Shown here: positions 9,167 to 15,970 of the stretch, in pieces | How positions within the stretch are numbered: position 1 is the stretch's first letter | How the letters are laid out: the number at the start of each line of letters is the position of its first letter | Source: Gammaproteobacteria bacterium | Lineage (GTDB): Bacteria; Pseudomonadota; Gammaproteobacteria; JBIOEC01 | DNA: 32,000 bases | Assembly (NCBI GenBank): GCA_965279305.1 | Contig: OZ257143.1 | Coordinates: forward strand, 1,650,001 to 1,682,000 | Direction of reading: 5' to 3' | Notes under the pieces: model-generated | What the model was told of the DNA's origin: nothing | Databases searched by the model: none | Seen by the model: the letters and a program-made list of their open reading frames with translations, nothing else | Translations under genes and position numbers: made by a program

Positions 9167-10021
9167 TTAAGCATGATACCGTGCAAGCCATTGAGTATGC
9201 TCTCGAGAAAAAGCACTTTCTGCATCATTTATAAAAGCAGAAAACTCTTCTTCAGAGGTACTTACAACAAATTTTTCCGAAATTAGTCCTATCTCATAAG
9301 TAGTTAAAGAATAAGTTGCAGATAGCTCTTTATATCGTTTAGCTTGCACCCATACCATTATTAACGAAGCAAAAGTAATAAAAACATCTGAAAACTGATA
9401 ACTAGGACGCCATATCTTTAAAATTGAAAAAAAGATCGCTGCCAAAGTAATAGCAATTAGTAGACGAAAAAAATAAGTGTCTTTTTTTTGATTAAAGTTT
9501 GACTTTTCCTTATACCATCCAAGTTGATCCGCTATTCTTTTTTGTTTATAGAACCTTTTCCTTTCATCTAAACTTTTATCGCGAATATTTTCCATAAACT
9601 TTGATATCTGGTTAGCACCTTCTTTCATAGGTGACTCTTTAAAGACACTGGAATTTTCTTTCAAGATACCTTTCAGCCTTACTAAAAAAAGTTGACGAGC
9701 TTCAGTATTTGGTATGTCGTAAGGCTCAGCTCTCATCATATAAAGCCAAGTAATTGTTTTTATTGACTCAGCAAGCGCTCTCTGCGCATACCAGGCTTTT
9801 TGAGGCTCAAAATATCCTATGTAAAAAGTTACAAAAAGATTAGCGGCCAAAATAGTAGTTTGGATTATCGCAACAGGAGTGCTAGAAGGAAGAGTTGAGG
9901 AAATAGCAGCAGCCAATAGGAAAAACAACCCAAATCCCAGCGCCACAAAGAAATTTCTTTGTGCACCAGAAGCTAAAGAATTAGCTGTTTGATAAAGGGA
10001 TGGATAAAAGGTCTCTTTCAT
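9167..10021 (-). CDS. 4-TM membrane protein with tandem SLATT/DUF4231-like modules (predicted membrane effector)
   Basis: Two TM hairpins (aa ~24-44/50-71 and ~183-201/212-226) are each followed by an amphipathic helix (KAWYAQRALAESIKTITWLY; AKRYKELSATYSLTTYEIGLI). The RFYKQKRIADQLGWYKEKSNFNQKK motif before hairpin 2 and the C-terminal SREHTQWLAR are typical of DUF4231/SLATT proteins as I remember them. The ATG overlaps the stop of the upstream TIR-like gene (ATGA at 10018-10021). Confidence 0.75.
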   Translation of the reverse strand: MKETFYPSLYQTANSLASGAQRNFFVALGFGLFFLLAAAISSTLPSSTPVAIIQTTILAANLFVTFYIGYFEPQKAWYAQRALAESIKTITWLYMMRAEPYDIPNTEARQLFLVRLKGILKENSSVFKESPMKEGANQISKFMENIRDKSLDERKRFYKQKRIADQLGWYKEKSNFNQKKDTYFFRLLIAITLAAIFFSILKIWRPSYQFSDVFITFASLIMVWVQAKRYKELSATYSLTTYEIGLISEKFVVSTSEEEFSAFINDAESAFSREHTQWLARYHA

Positions 10022-10527
10022 ATTATACCCAACTTCTTATATAAGTCTTCTTCATAATAGTAATTCTTCTTTTCACCGTCTCTAAGTTTATGACGTGCAT
10101 AATTTGCACAAAAGTCATCCAGTGCATGTTTGATGATGGCTAATTTGAATGGTACGTGGACAGCTCCTTTCCCGTCTAAAATTGCAGGGCACAGTGAAGA
10201 ATCCATCCGTCGATTATTGTTTAAGTTAACTGCAACAATCGCAACTCCATTATCAAGACAGGTCTCAATCTCCCACCTAACATAACGATATAAATTTTTA
10301 GTATTTTCCCCAATTAATACTATTGCTTGCTTGGTATTTGCCAAGCGCTCTCTTAATTTACGCTTTACGGTCTCTTCACTTGAATTATCTCTTAACTCAT
10401 TTAAATCATGTGCATCATGAAAATCGAAGTCTATATGCTCTTGGGTATTCCAACCTTTCATAAAACCATATGCCCACATATCATTGTCGCCATCAAATAT
10501 CACATAAGTTTTATTTCTATATCCCAT
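10018..10527 (-). CDS. TIR-like domain protein (MTH538/DUF1863 type, ThsB-like)
   Basis: The sequence KTYVIFDGDNDMWAYGFMKGW...FDFHDAHDLNELRDNSSEETVKRKLRERLANTKQAIVLIGENTKNLYRYVRWEIETCL...VAVNLN matches the stand-alone bacterial TIR-like family pattern. That pattern is a beta-A strand plus acidic loop, an 'vvLIGe.T' strand, and a 'W(V)xxEIE' helix with a candidate catalytic Glu (E86, nt 10270-10272). A strong GAGGTG Shine-Dalgarno site lies 5 nt upstream of ATG 10527. Confidence 0.8.
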   Translation of the reverse strand: MGYRNKTYVIFDGDNDMWAYGFMKGWNTQEHIDFDFHDAHDLNELRDNSSEETVKRKLRERLANTKQAIVLIGENTKNLYRYVRWEIETCLDNGVAIVAVNLNNNRRMDSSLCPAILDGKGAVHVPFKLAIIKHALDDFCANYARHKLRDGEKKNYYYEEDLYKKLGII

Positions 10528-10559
10528 GTTCCACCTCGTTTGTCAAAAAAAATAATTTA

Positions 10560-10580
10560 GCACTCAACAGCCTAGAGTGC
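10560..10580 (-). promoter_or_regulatory. Inverted repeat at the predicted transcription start of the TIR-SLATT operon (operator or 5' stem-loop candidate)
   Basis: GCACTC (10560-10565), a 9-nt spacer, then GAGTGC (10575-10580). It lies just downstream of the -10 element at 10583-10588. Confidence 0.3.
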
Positions 10581-10582
10581 CA

Positions 10583-10610
10583 ATTCTAACAAAGCTTTTG
10601 CCTCTGTCAA
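10583..10610 (-). promoter_or_regulatory. Near-consensus sigma70 promoter for the TIR-SLATT operon
   Basis: The minus strand reads TTGACA (10610-10605), a 16-nt spacer, then TAGAAT (10588-10583). The -35 is perfect and the -10 matches 5 of 6 positions. It lies about 55 nt upstream of ATG 10527. Confidence 0.5.
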
Positions 10611-10909
10611 GCGATTGGTTATTTTTTGATCATAAGAAATAATAATTCAGCAAGCTCTATTAAAAATTTAAAATATATTTAAATGGTATCTATACTTTTA
10701 TCTATTCCCTACATACTGCATTTTCGAAATGTTATACTGACTAACGGTTATAGTGAGGAAAATGAACCTTTAGACTTAGGAAGGTTTATCATCCCAAAGC
10801 CTAGAACTACTATGAATTAAAATCCCCATATACAGCCTCAAAAATGAGAATCCCATCTCCCTCTGGGAAAGGCGATTTACTTGATTGTTCATTTAAGATA
10901 CAACCCAAG

Positions 10910-10929
10910 TTAAACACAAGTTATCCACA
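10910..10929 (+). promoter_or_regulatory. Tandem DnaA boxes upstream of nrdA
   Basis: TTATCCACA at 10921-10929 is a perfect consensus DnaA box. It is preceded after 2 bp by TTAAACACA (10910-10918), which matches TTATNCACA at 8 of 9 positions. Both have the same orientation and lie about 170-190 nt upstream of the nrdA ATG. Confidence 0.5.
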
Positions 10930-10979
10930 GCTTACTCCACTGTTTTGGGCTTGTTTTTTCATTTCAAACGCGCTATCTT

Positions 10980-10988
10980 GTATACACA
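10980..10988 (+). promoter_or_regulatory. Third DnaA-box-like 9-mer
   Basis: GTATACACA matches TTATNCACA at 8 of 9 positions and has the same orientation as the two upstream boxes. Confidence 0.3.
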
Positions 10989-10997
10989 GGGCGGGAA

Positions 10998-11013
10998 CCC
11001 CTAGATATTGTGT
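10998..11013 (+). promoter_or_regulatory. Candidate NrdR box
   Basis: CCCCTAGATATTGTGT matches the 16-bp NrdR-box consensus acaCwAtATaTwGtgt (as I recall it) at 13 of 16 positions. It lies about 90 nt upstream of the nrdA ATG. Confidence 0.4.
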
Positions 11014-11039
11014 TTTATTACTCAGTAAGCCCTATTCTG

Positions 11040-11055
11040 CTACTAAATCTAGTAA
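11040..11055 (+). promoter_or_regulatory. Weaker second NrdR-box-like palindrome
   Basis: CTACTAAATCTAGTAA (inner palindrome TACTA-N4-TAGTA) matches the NrdR consensus at 10 of 16 positions. Its centre is 42 bp, about four helical turns, from the first box. Confidence 0.2.
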
Positions 11056-11098
11056 TACATGGAAGTTTAAACAGTACAAAAAAAATGGAGAAGATGCC

Positions 11099-13990
11099 AT
11101 GGAAACCCCTATCGCCACGTTGGCACGTGTTGACTACGACAATAACAGTGCTGCGAATACACAAGCCACTGATTTTTCAGAACAAATTAATAATATGCTG
11201 ACTAATGGTCCTTTTAAAGTCATACGCAGAAACGGTACTGTCGCTCCTTATACAGACGGTAAAATTGCGCTCGCCATCACCAAAGCATTTTTAGCGGTGG
11301 AAGGCGATAAAGCGGCCGACTCTTCTCGTATTCATGAAACAGTAGCCAAGATGGTATCTAGAATTACCGAGACTTTCAGCAAACGTATGCCTGAAGGTGG
11401 CACCTTACATATTGAATATATACAAGACCAAGTTGAATTAGAATTAATGCGCGAAGGCTTACATAAAGTAGCGCGCTCTTATGTGCTTTATCGTGAAGAA
11501 AGAAGACGTGCCCGCGAAGCAGAGCAAAAAGCTTCTCAAGTTCAGTTACGCGTTACGTTAAAAAATGGTGAACTAGCTCCTCTTGATATGGCGTATGTGG
11601 ATCGCTTAATCACGGAAGCCTGCTCTAATCTTGATCATGTGAAAAAAGAAGACATGTTACAAGAAACCGTTAAAAATCTTTATGACGGCGTGCCTTTGCA
11701 AGATATACATAAAGCATTGGTGATGACCGCCAGAACCCATATTGAAAACGAACCGAATTACACTTATGTCACCGCTCGTTTGCTTTTAAATGAATTACGC
11801 GAAGAAGCCCTCTCCTTTTTAAATATGCCCCATAAATTGGAGCAATTAGGGCAAGCGGAAATGGCAAGTTCTTATCCTGAATGCTTAGGACGCTTTATTA
11901 AAGCAGGGATCGAATATGAATTGCTAGATCCTCGTATGCAACATTACGATTTAGATCGTTTAGGTAAAGCCTTAGTTCCTGAACGCGATTTACAGTTTTC
12001 TTATTTAGGTTTACAAACCCTTTATGATCGCTATTTTATTCAGTGGGAAGGCATTCGCTTTGAATTACCCCAAATATTTTTTATGCGCGTAGCGATGGGT
12101 TTAGCAAGCCAAGAGCAAGATAAAGAAAAGTGGGCGATTGAATTTTATAATGTGCTCTCTACTTTTGATTTTATGAGCTCAACCCCTACTCTGTTTAATT
12201 CAGGCACATTGCGCCCTCAATTATCGAGCTGCTATTTAACGACAGTGCCTGATAATTTAGATGGTATTTATAGCGCGATTAAAGACAATGCCTTATTACA
12301 AAAATATGCAGGCGGTTTAGGAAACGATTGGACACCCGTGCGTGCACTCAATGCGAAAATTAAAGGCACTAACGGTAAATCGCAAGGCGTAGTACCCTTC
12401 TTAAAAGTGGCTAACGATACTGCTGTAGCGGTTAACCAAGGTGGAAAACGCAAAGGCGCTTTATGCAGTTACTTGGAATCCTGGCATTTAGATATTCTAG
12501 AATTTTTAGAATTACGAAAAAATACCGGTGATGAACGTCGTCGTACTCATGATATGAATACCGCGAATTGGATCCCTGATTTATTAATGAAGCGGATCGA
12601 AGAAAACGGTAACTGGACACTATTCTCTCCTGATGAAGTGCCAGATCTACATGATTTATACGGTGAAGCCTTTGAAACTGCTTACACTCGTTATGAAGTG
12701 TTAGCGTCACAAAATAAAATCCGAAATCATAAAACCATGTTGGCCGTAGATTTATGGCGCAAAATGCTGAGCTTATTATTTGAAACCGGCCATCCTTGGG
12801 TTACATTTAAAGATGTATGCAATATACGCTCACCTCAACAACATACAGGTGTAGTGCATAGTTCTAATTTGTGCACCGAAATTACCTTAAATACCTCTGC
12901 CGATGAAATTGCGGTATGTAACTTGGGTAGTATCAACCTGGTGCAACATATGATTAAAACCGGTGCTGGTGCGATTATTAATGAAGCAAAATTAGAAAAA
13001 ACGATTAAGCTAGCGGTTCGCATGCTTGATAACGTTGTGGATATTAACTTTTATTCTGTTCCACAAGCGAAAAACTCTAATATGCGTCATCGCCCTATTG
13101 GAATGGGATTAATGGGCTTCCAAGATGTGCTTTATTTGCAAGGTATTCCTTATGCCTCTGATTCAGCCGTTGAATTTGCAGATCGCTCTATGGAAACCAT
13201 TAGTTATTACGCCATTAAAGCCTCTACTGATTTAGCAGAAGAACGCGGTACCTATTCTACTTTCCCAGGTTCATTGTGGAGCAAAGGTATTCTGCCTATC
13301 GATTCTATTCGATTATTAGAAGAAAATCGTGGCGCACAATATTTAAAACAAGATCGCTCTATGAGTAAAGATTGGACCAGCTTGCGTGAACGTGTCATGA
13401 AAGTGGGCGTAAGAAACTCTAATATTATGGCCATTGCACCTACTGCCACTATTTCTAATATTTGTGGTGTGAGCCAATCTATTGAGCCTACATACCAAAA
13501 CTTATATGTGAAATCGAATTTGTCAGGCGAATTTACTATTATCAACCCCTACTTGGTCGATGAATTACGTGCCAGAGATTTGTGGGATGATGTGATGGTT
13601 AACGATCTTAAATACTTTGATGGTAGCGTTCAACAAATTGAACGTATTCCTCAAGATATTAAAGACAAATACGCTACCGCTTTTGAAATGGATGCGTTAT
13701 GGTTAGTGGAAGCCGGCTCACGCCGCCAAAAATGGATTGATCAAGCACAATCGCTTAATTTATATATGGCAAAACCGTCTGGTAAAAAATTGGATACTTT
13801 ATATCGCACCGCTTGGCTGCGCGGTTTAAAAACCACTTATTATCTACGAAGCATGGGCGCAACTGGTACTGAAAAATCCACGGTTAACCAAGGTGTATTA
13901 AATGCAGTAGCCCTTGCTAATACAGCCGTTGAAGAAGTCATGCCAAAAGCATGCTCTATATTGGATCCAGATTGTGAAGCGTGTCAATAA
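11099..13990 (+). CDS. nrdA: Ribonucleoside-diphosphate reductase class Ia, alpha subunit
   Basis: An ATP-cone (FKVIRRNGTVAPYTDGKIALAITKAF), the catalytic loop HSSNLCTEI, and a C-terminal Cys pair (DPDCEACQ) are present. ATG 11099 (METPIATL...) has a GGAGA Shine-Dalgarno site about 7 nt upstream. The 85 codons that the track adds from 10844 do not look like protein and overlap the DnaA and NrdR sites. Confidence 0.95.
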   Translation: METPIATLARVDYDNNSAANTQATDFSEQINNMLTNGPFKVIRRNGTVAPYTDGKIALAITKAFLAVEGDKAADSSRIHETVAKMVSRITETFSKRMPEGGTLHIEYIQDQVELELMREGLHKVARSYVLYREERRRAREAEQKASQVQLRVTLKNGELAPLDMAYVDRLITEACSNLDHVKKEDMLQETVKNLYDGVPLQDIHKALVMTARTHIENEPNYTYVTARLLLNELREEALSFLNMPHKLEQLGQAEMASSYPECLGRFIKAGIEYELLDPRMQHYDLDRLGKALVPERDLQFSYLGLQTLYDRYFIQWEGIRFELPQIFFMRVAMGLASQEQDKEKWAIEFYNVLSTFDFMSSTPTLFNSGTLRPQLSSCYLTTVPDNLDGIYSAIKDNALLQKYAGGLGNDWTPVRALNAKIKGTNGKSQGVVPFLKVANDTAVAVNQGGKRKGALCSYLESWHLDILEFLELRKNTGDERRRTHDMNTANWIPDLLMKRIEENGNWTLFSPDEVPDLHDLYGEAFETAYTRYEVLASQNKIRNHKTMLAVDLWRKMLSLLFETGHPWVTFKDVCNIRSPQQHTGVVHSSNLCTEITLNTSADEIAVCNLGSINLVQHMIKTGAGAIINEAKLEKTIKLAVRMLDNVVDINFYSVPQAKNSNMRHRPIGMGLMGFQDVLYLQGIPYASDSAVEFADRSMETISYYAIKASTDLAEERGTYSTFPGSLWSKGILPIDSIRLLEENRGAQYLKQDRSMSKDWTSLRERVMKVGVRNSNIMAIAPTATISNICGVSQSIEPTYQNLYVKSNLSGEFTIINPYLVDELRARDLWDDVMVNDLKYFDGSVQQIERIPQDIKDKYATAFEMDALWLVEAGSRRQKWIDQAQSLNLYMAKPSGKKLDTLYRTAWLRGLKTTYYLRSMGATGTEKSTVNQGVLNAVALANTAVEEVMPKACSILDPDCEACQ

Positions 13991-14016
13991 AACAAGAATA
14001 ATGTGAGGTATTTTTT

Positions 14017-15111
14017 ATGTCATCAGTTGCTACTCCGGAAAAAGCACCCGTAGCCGGTTACACAGGTTTAGAAGCCATTGAAATGGGTGCTGCACGCATT
14101 CAAGTGGACGATAAAAAAATTATTAACTGTCGTGCGGATCTTAACCAGCTTGTACCTTTTAAATATCCATGGGCTTGGCAAAAATATTTAGATGGATGTG
14201 CAAATCATTGGATGCCAACAGAAATTAGCATGTCAGCCGATATCGCTCTTTGGAAAAGCAAAGACGGTCTAACTGAAGACGAGCGCATGATTATTGAACG
14301 TGCATTAGGGTTTTTCTCTACTGCCGATTCTTTAGTAGCCAACAATTTAGTATTAGCGGTTTATCGCCATATTACTAATCCTGAATGCCGCCAATATTTA
14401 TTGCGTCAATCATTTGAAGAAGCACTGCATACTCATGCTTATCAATATATTATTGAAAGCTTAGGTATGGACGAATCTCGTGTATTTAATATGTATCGCG
14501 AGCTTCCTTCGGTATCTCATAAAGCCATGTGGGCATTGCCTTATACACAAAGTTTAGGCGATCCTACTTTTATGACAGGAACACCTGAAAATGATCAACG
14601 CTTATTACGCGACTTAATTGCGTTCTACGTGGTATTTGAAGGTATTTTCTTCTATGTAGGATTTTCTCAAGTATTATCCATGGGACGTCGTAACAAAATG
14701 GTAGGTACTGCTGAGCAACTACAATATATTTTGCGCGATGAATCTATGCATTTAAACTTTGGTATTGATGTGATTAACCAAATTAAATTTGAAAATCCTC
14801 ATATATGGACACAAGAATTCCAACAACAAGCGATTAAAATTATACGCGAAGGTGTTGAACTCGAATGCCAATATGCGATCGATACCATGCCTAGAGGCGT
14901 GTTAGGGCTTAATGCTACCGTATTCCAAGAATACGTGAAATTTATTGCCAACCGTCGCTGCGCACAAATTGGATTGCCAGAGCAATATGCGGGTGTAACC
15001 AACCCCTTCCCTTGGATGAGCGAAATCGCCGATCTCAAAAAAGAGAAAAACTTCTTTGAAACCCGCGTAATCGAATACCAAGCCGGCGGCACCCTCTCCT
15101 GGGAAGACTAA
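14017..15111 (+). CDS. nrdB: Ribonucleoside-diphosphate reductase class Ia, beta subunit
   Basis: The di-iron ExxH motifs ([10 protein letters not shown]; RDESMHLNF) are present. A GAGG Shine-Dalgarno site precedes ATG 14017, which lies 26 nt after the nrdA stop. Confidence 0.95.
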   Translation: MSSVATPEKAPVAGYTGLEAIEMGAARIQVDDKKIINCRADLNQLVPFKYPWAWQKYLDGCANHWMPTEISMSADIALWKSKDGLTEDERMIIERALGFFSTADSLVANNLVLAVYRHITNPECRQYLLRQSFEEALHTHAYQYIIESLGMDESRVFNMYRELPSVSHKAMWALPYTQSLGDPTFMTGTPENDQRLLRDLIAFYVVFEGIFFYVGFSQVLSMGRRNKMVGTAEQLQYILRDESMHLNFGIDVINQIKFENPHIWTQEFQQQAIKIIREGVELECQYAIDTMPRGVLGLNATVFQEYVKFIANRRCAQIGLPEQYAGVTNPFPWMSEIADLKKEKNFFETRVIEYQAGGTLSWED

Positions 15112-15119
15112 GATCTGAC

Positions 15120-15144
15120 TCACCTCTTCTTTAGGGAGAGGTGA
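15120..15144 (+). terminator. Hairpin after nrdB (terminator candidate)
   Basis: TCACCTCT (15120-15127) pairs with AGAGGTGA (15137-15144). The hairpin starts 9 nt after the nrdB stop. No clear U-tract follows it. Confidence 0.4.
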
Positions 15145-15154
15145 ACCTCAAACC

Positions 15155-15174
15155 TTCATTAATATTTCATTAAG
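15155..15174 (+). promoter_or_regulatory. PmrA/QseB-type direct repeat upstream of the response-regulator gene
   Basis: TTCATTAA occurs twice with an 11-bp period (15155-15162 and 15166-15173). Read as ATTAAT-N5-ATTAAG, it resembles the enterobacterial PmrA box YTTAAK-N5-YTTAAK. The first half (aTTAATatT) matches the Legionella PmrA repeat cTTAATatT at 8 of 9 positions. It lies about 120-135 nt upstream of ATG 15293. Confidence 0.35.
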
Positions 15175-15292
15175 GGCTTGCTCAAGCTAGGATAAAGTTT
15201 TATCATTGAATCTCTTACAAAATGGGCATGCCGGTATTAGTTATTAGACAGACTTGGCATGTACGGCTTAATCCCAAATGAGGTAAATAAAT

Positions 15293-15964
15293 ATGCGAGC
15301 GCTACTAGTTGAAGATGATCAGTTGTTAGGTGATGGTCTGCGCACAGGTTTGGATAACAAAGGTTATACGGTTGATTGGCTAAAAGACGGCGAAGAAGCT
15401 GAAAATGCGCTGATTAAAGAAGCCTTTGATGCGGTTATTCTAGACTTAGGCCTACCTAAACGCTCTGGTCTCGATATTATTAAAGCGGTTCGTAATAAAG
15501 GTGTTGCTACCCCTATTCTGGTACTCACCGCACGTGATGAAATAGAACAGCGCGTAAGCGCACTGGATTCAGGCGCTGATGATTATTTAACCAAACCCTT
15601 CGATTTAAATGAGCTAGCCGCTCGCTTACGCGCTTTGGTGCGTCGTACTAGCGGACGTGCTGAGCCCACTATTAATTATGGCCAGCTAAGCTTAGATCCG
15701 GCTTCTCATATGGTGTATCGCCGTGGCCGTCAAATTAATGTGTCTCCTAAAGAATTTGCTTTATTGCATAAGCTATTGGAAAACATGGGACATGTATTGT
15801 CTCGTGAGCAGTTAGCACAAACCTTGTATGGTTGGGATAACGAAATTGATAGTAACGCGGTTGAAGTACATATTCATAATCTACGTAAAAAGCTGGGTAT
15901 TAAAATTATCCGTACCATTCGCGGCGTAGGTTATATGATAGACAAAAACAACAAGCAACTCTAA
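15293..15964 (+). CDS. OmpR/PhoB-family response regulator, PmrA/QseB-like
   Basis: The receiver domain shows MRALLVEDD...AVILDLGLP...VLTARD...GADDYLTKPF. The winged-helix output domain shows LSPKEFALL..L......VLSRE.L........SNAVEVHIHNLRKKL...IRTIRGVGYMI. A GAGG Shine-Dalgarno site is present. Confidence 0.9.
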   Translation: MRALLVEDDQLLGDGLRTGLDNKGYTVDWLKDGEEAENALIKEAFDAVILDLGLPKRSGLDIIKAVRNKGVATPILVLTARDEIEQRVSALDSGADDYLTKPFDLNELAARLRALVRRTSGRAEPTINYGQLSLDPASHMVYRRGRQINVSPKEFALLHKLLENMGHVLSREQLAQTLYGWDNEIDSNAVEVHIHNLRKKLGIKIIRTIRGVGYMIDKNNKQL

Positions 15965-15970
15965 GAACGC

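Noticed and set aside
6918-10527. Idea that the hybrid histidine kinase is a third component (sensor) of the TIR-SLATT system
   Set aside because: The only evidence is co-orientation. A 203-nt gap with a possible terminator-like repeat and a -10 element separates them, and the TIR-SLATT pair alone is translationally coupled. The idea is kept as an RT-PCR check and is not claimed.
10683-10820. 45-aa plus-strand ORF (MVSILLSIPYILHFRN...) in the TIR/nrdA intergenic region
   Set aside because: It has no Shine-Dalgarno site and no recognisable motif, and it lies in AT-rich DNA where such ORFs arise by chance. It could only be rescued by conservation or ribosome-profiling evidence.
10844-11098. 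The 85-codon N-terminal extension of the nrdA ORF in the track (start at 10844)
   Set aside because: The extension (MRIPSPSGKGDLLDCSFKIQ...) has no resemblance to NrdA proteins. It overlaps the DnaA and NrdR-like sites. The in-frame ATG at 11099 has a Shine-Dalgarno site and leads, after a short N-terminal segment, into the ATP-cone domain.
10844-11098. Cobalamin riboswitch or another structured leader upstream of nrdA
   Set aside because: I could not find a B12-box-like element or the conserved GGGAA/GCCACTG-type cores. The region is explained well enough by DnaA and NrdR-type sites.
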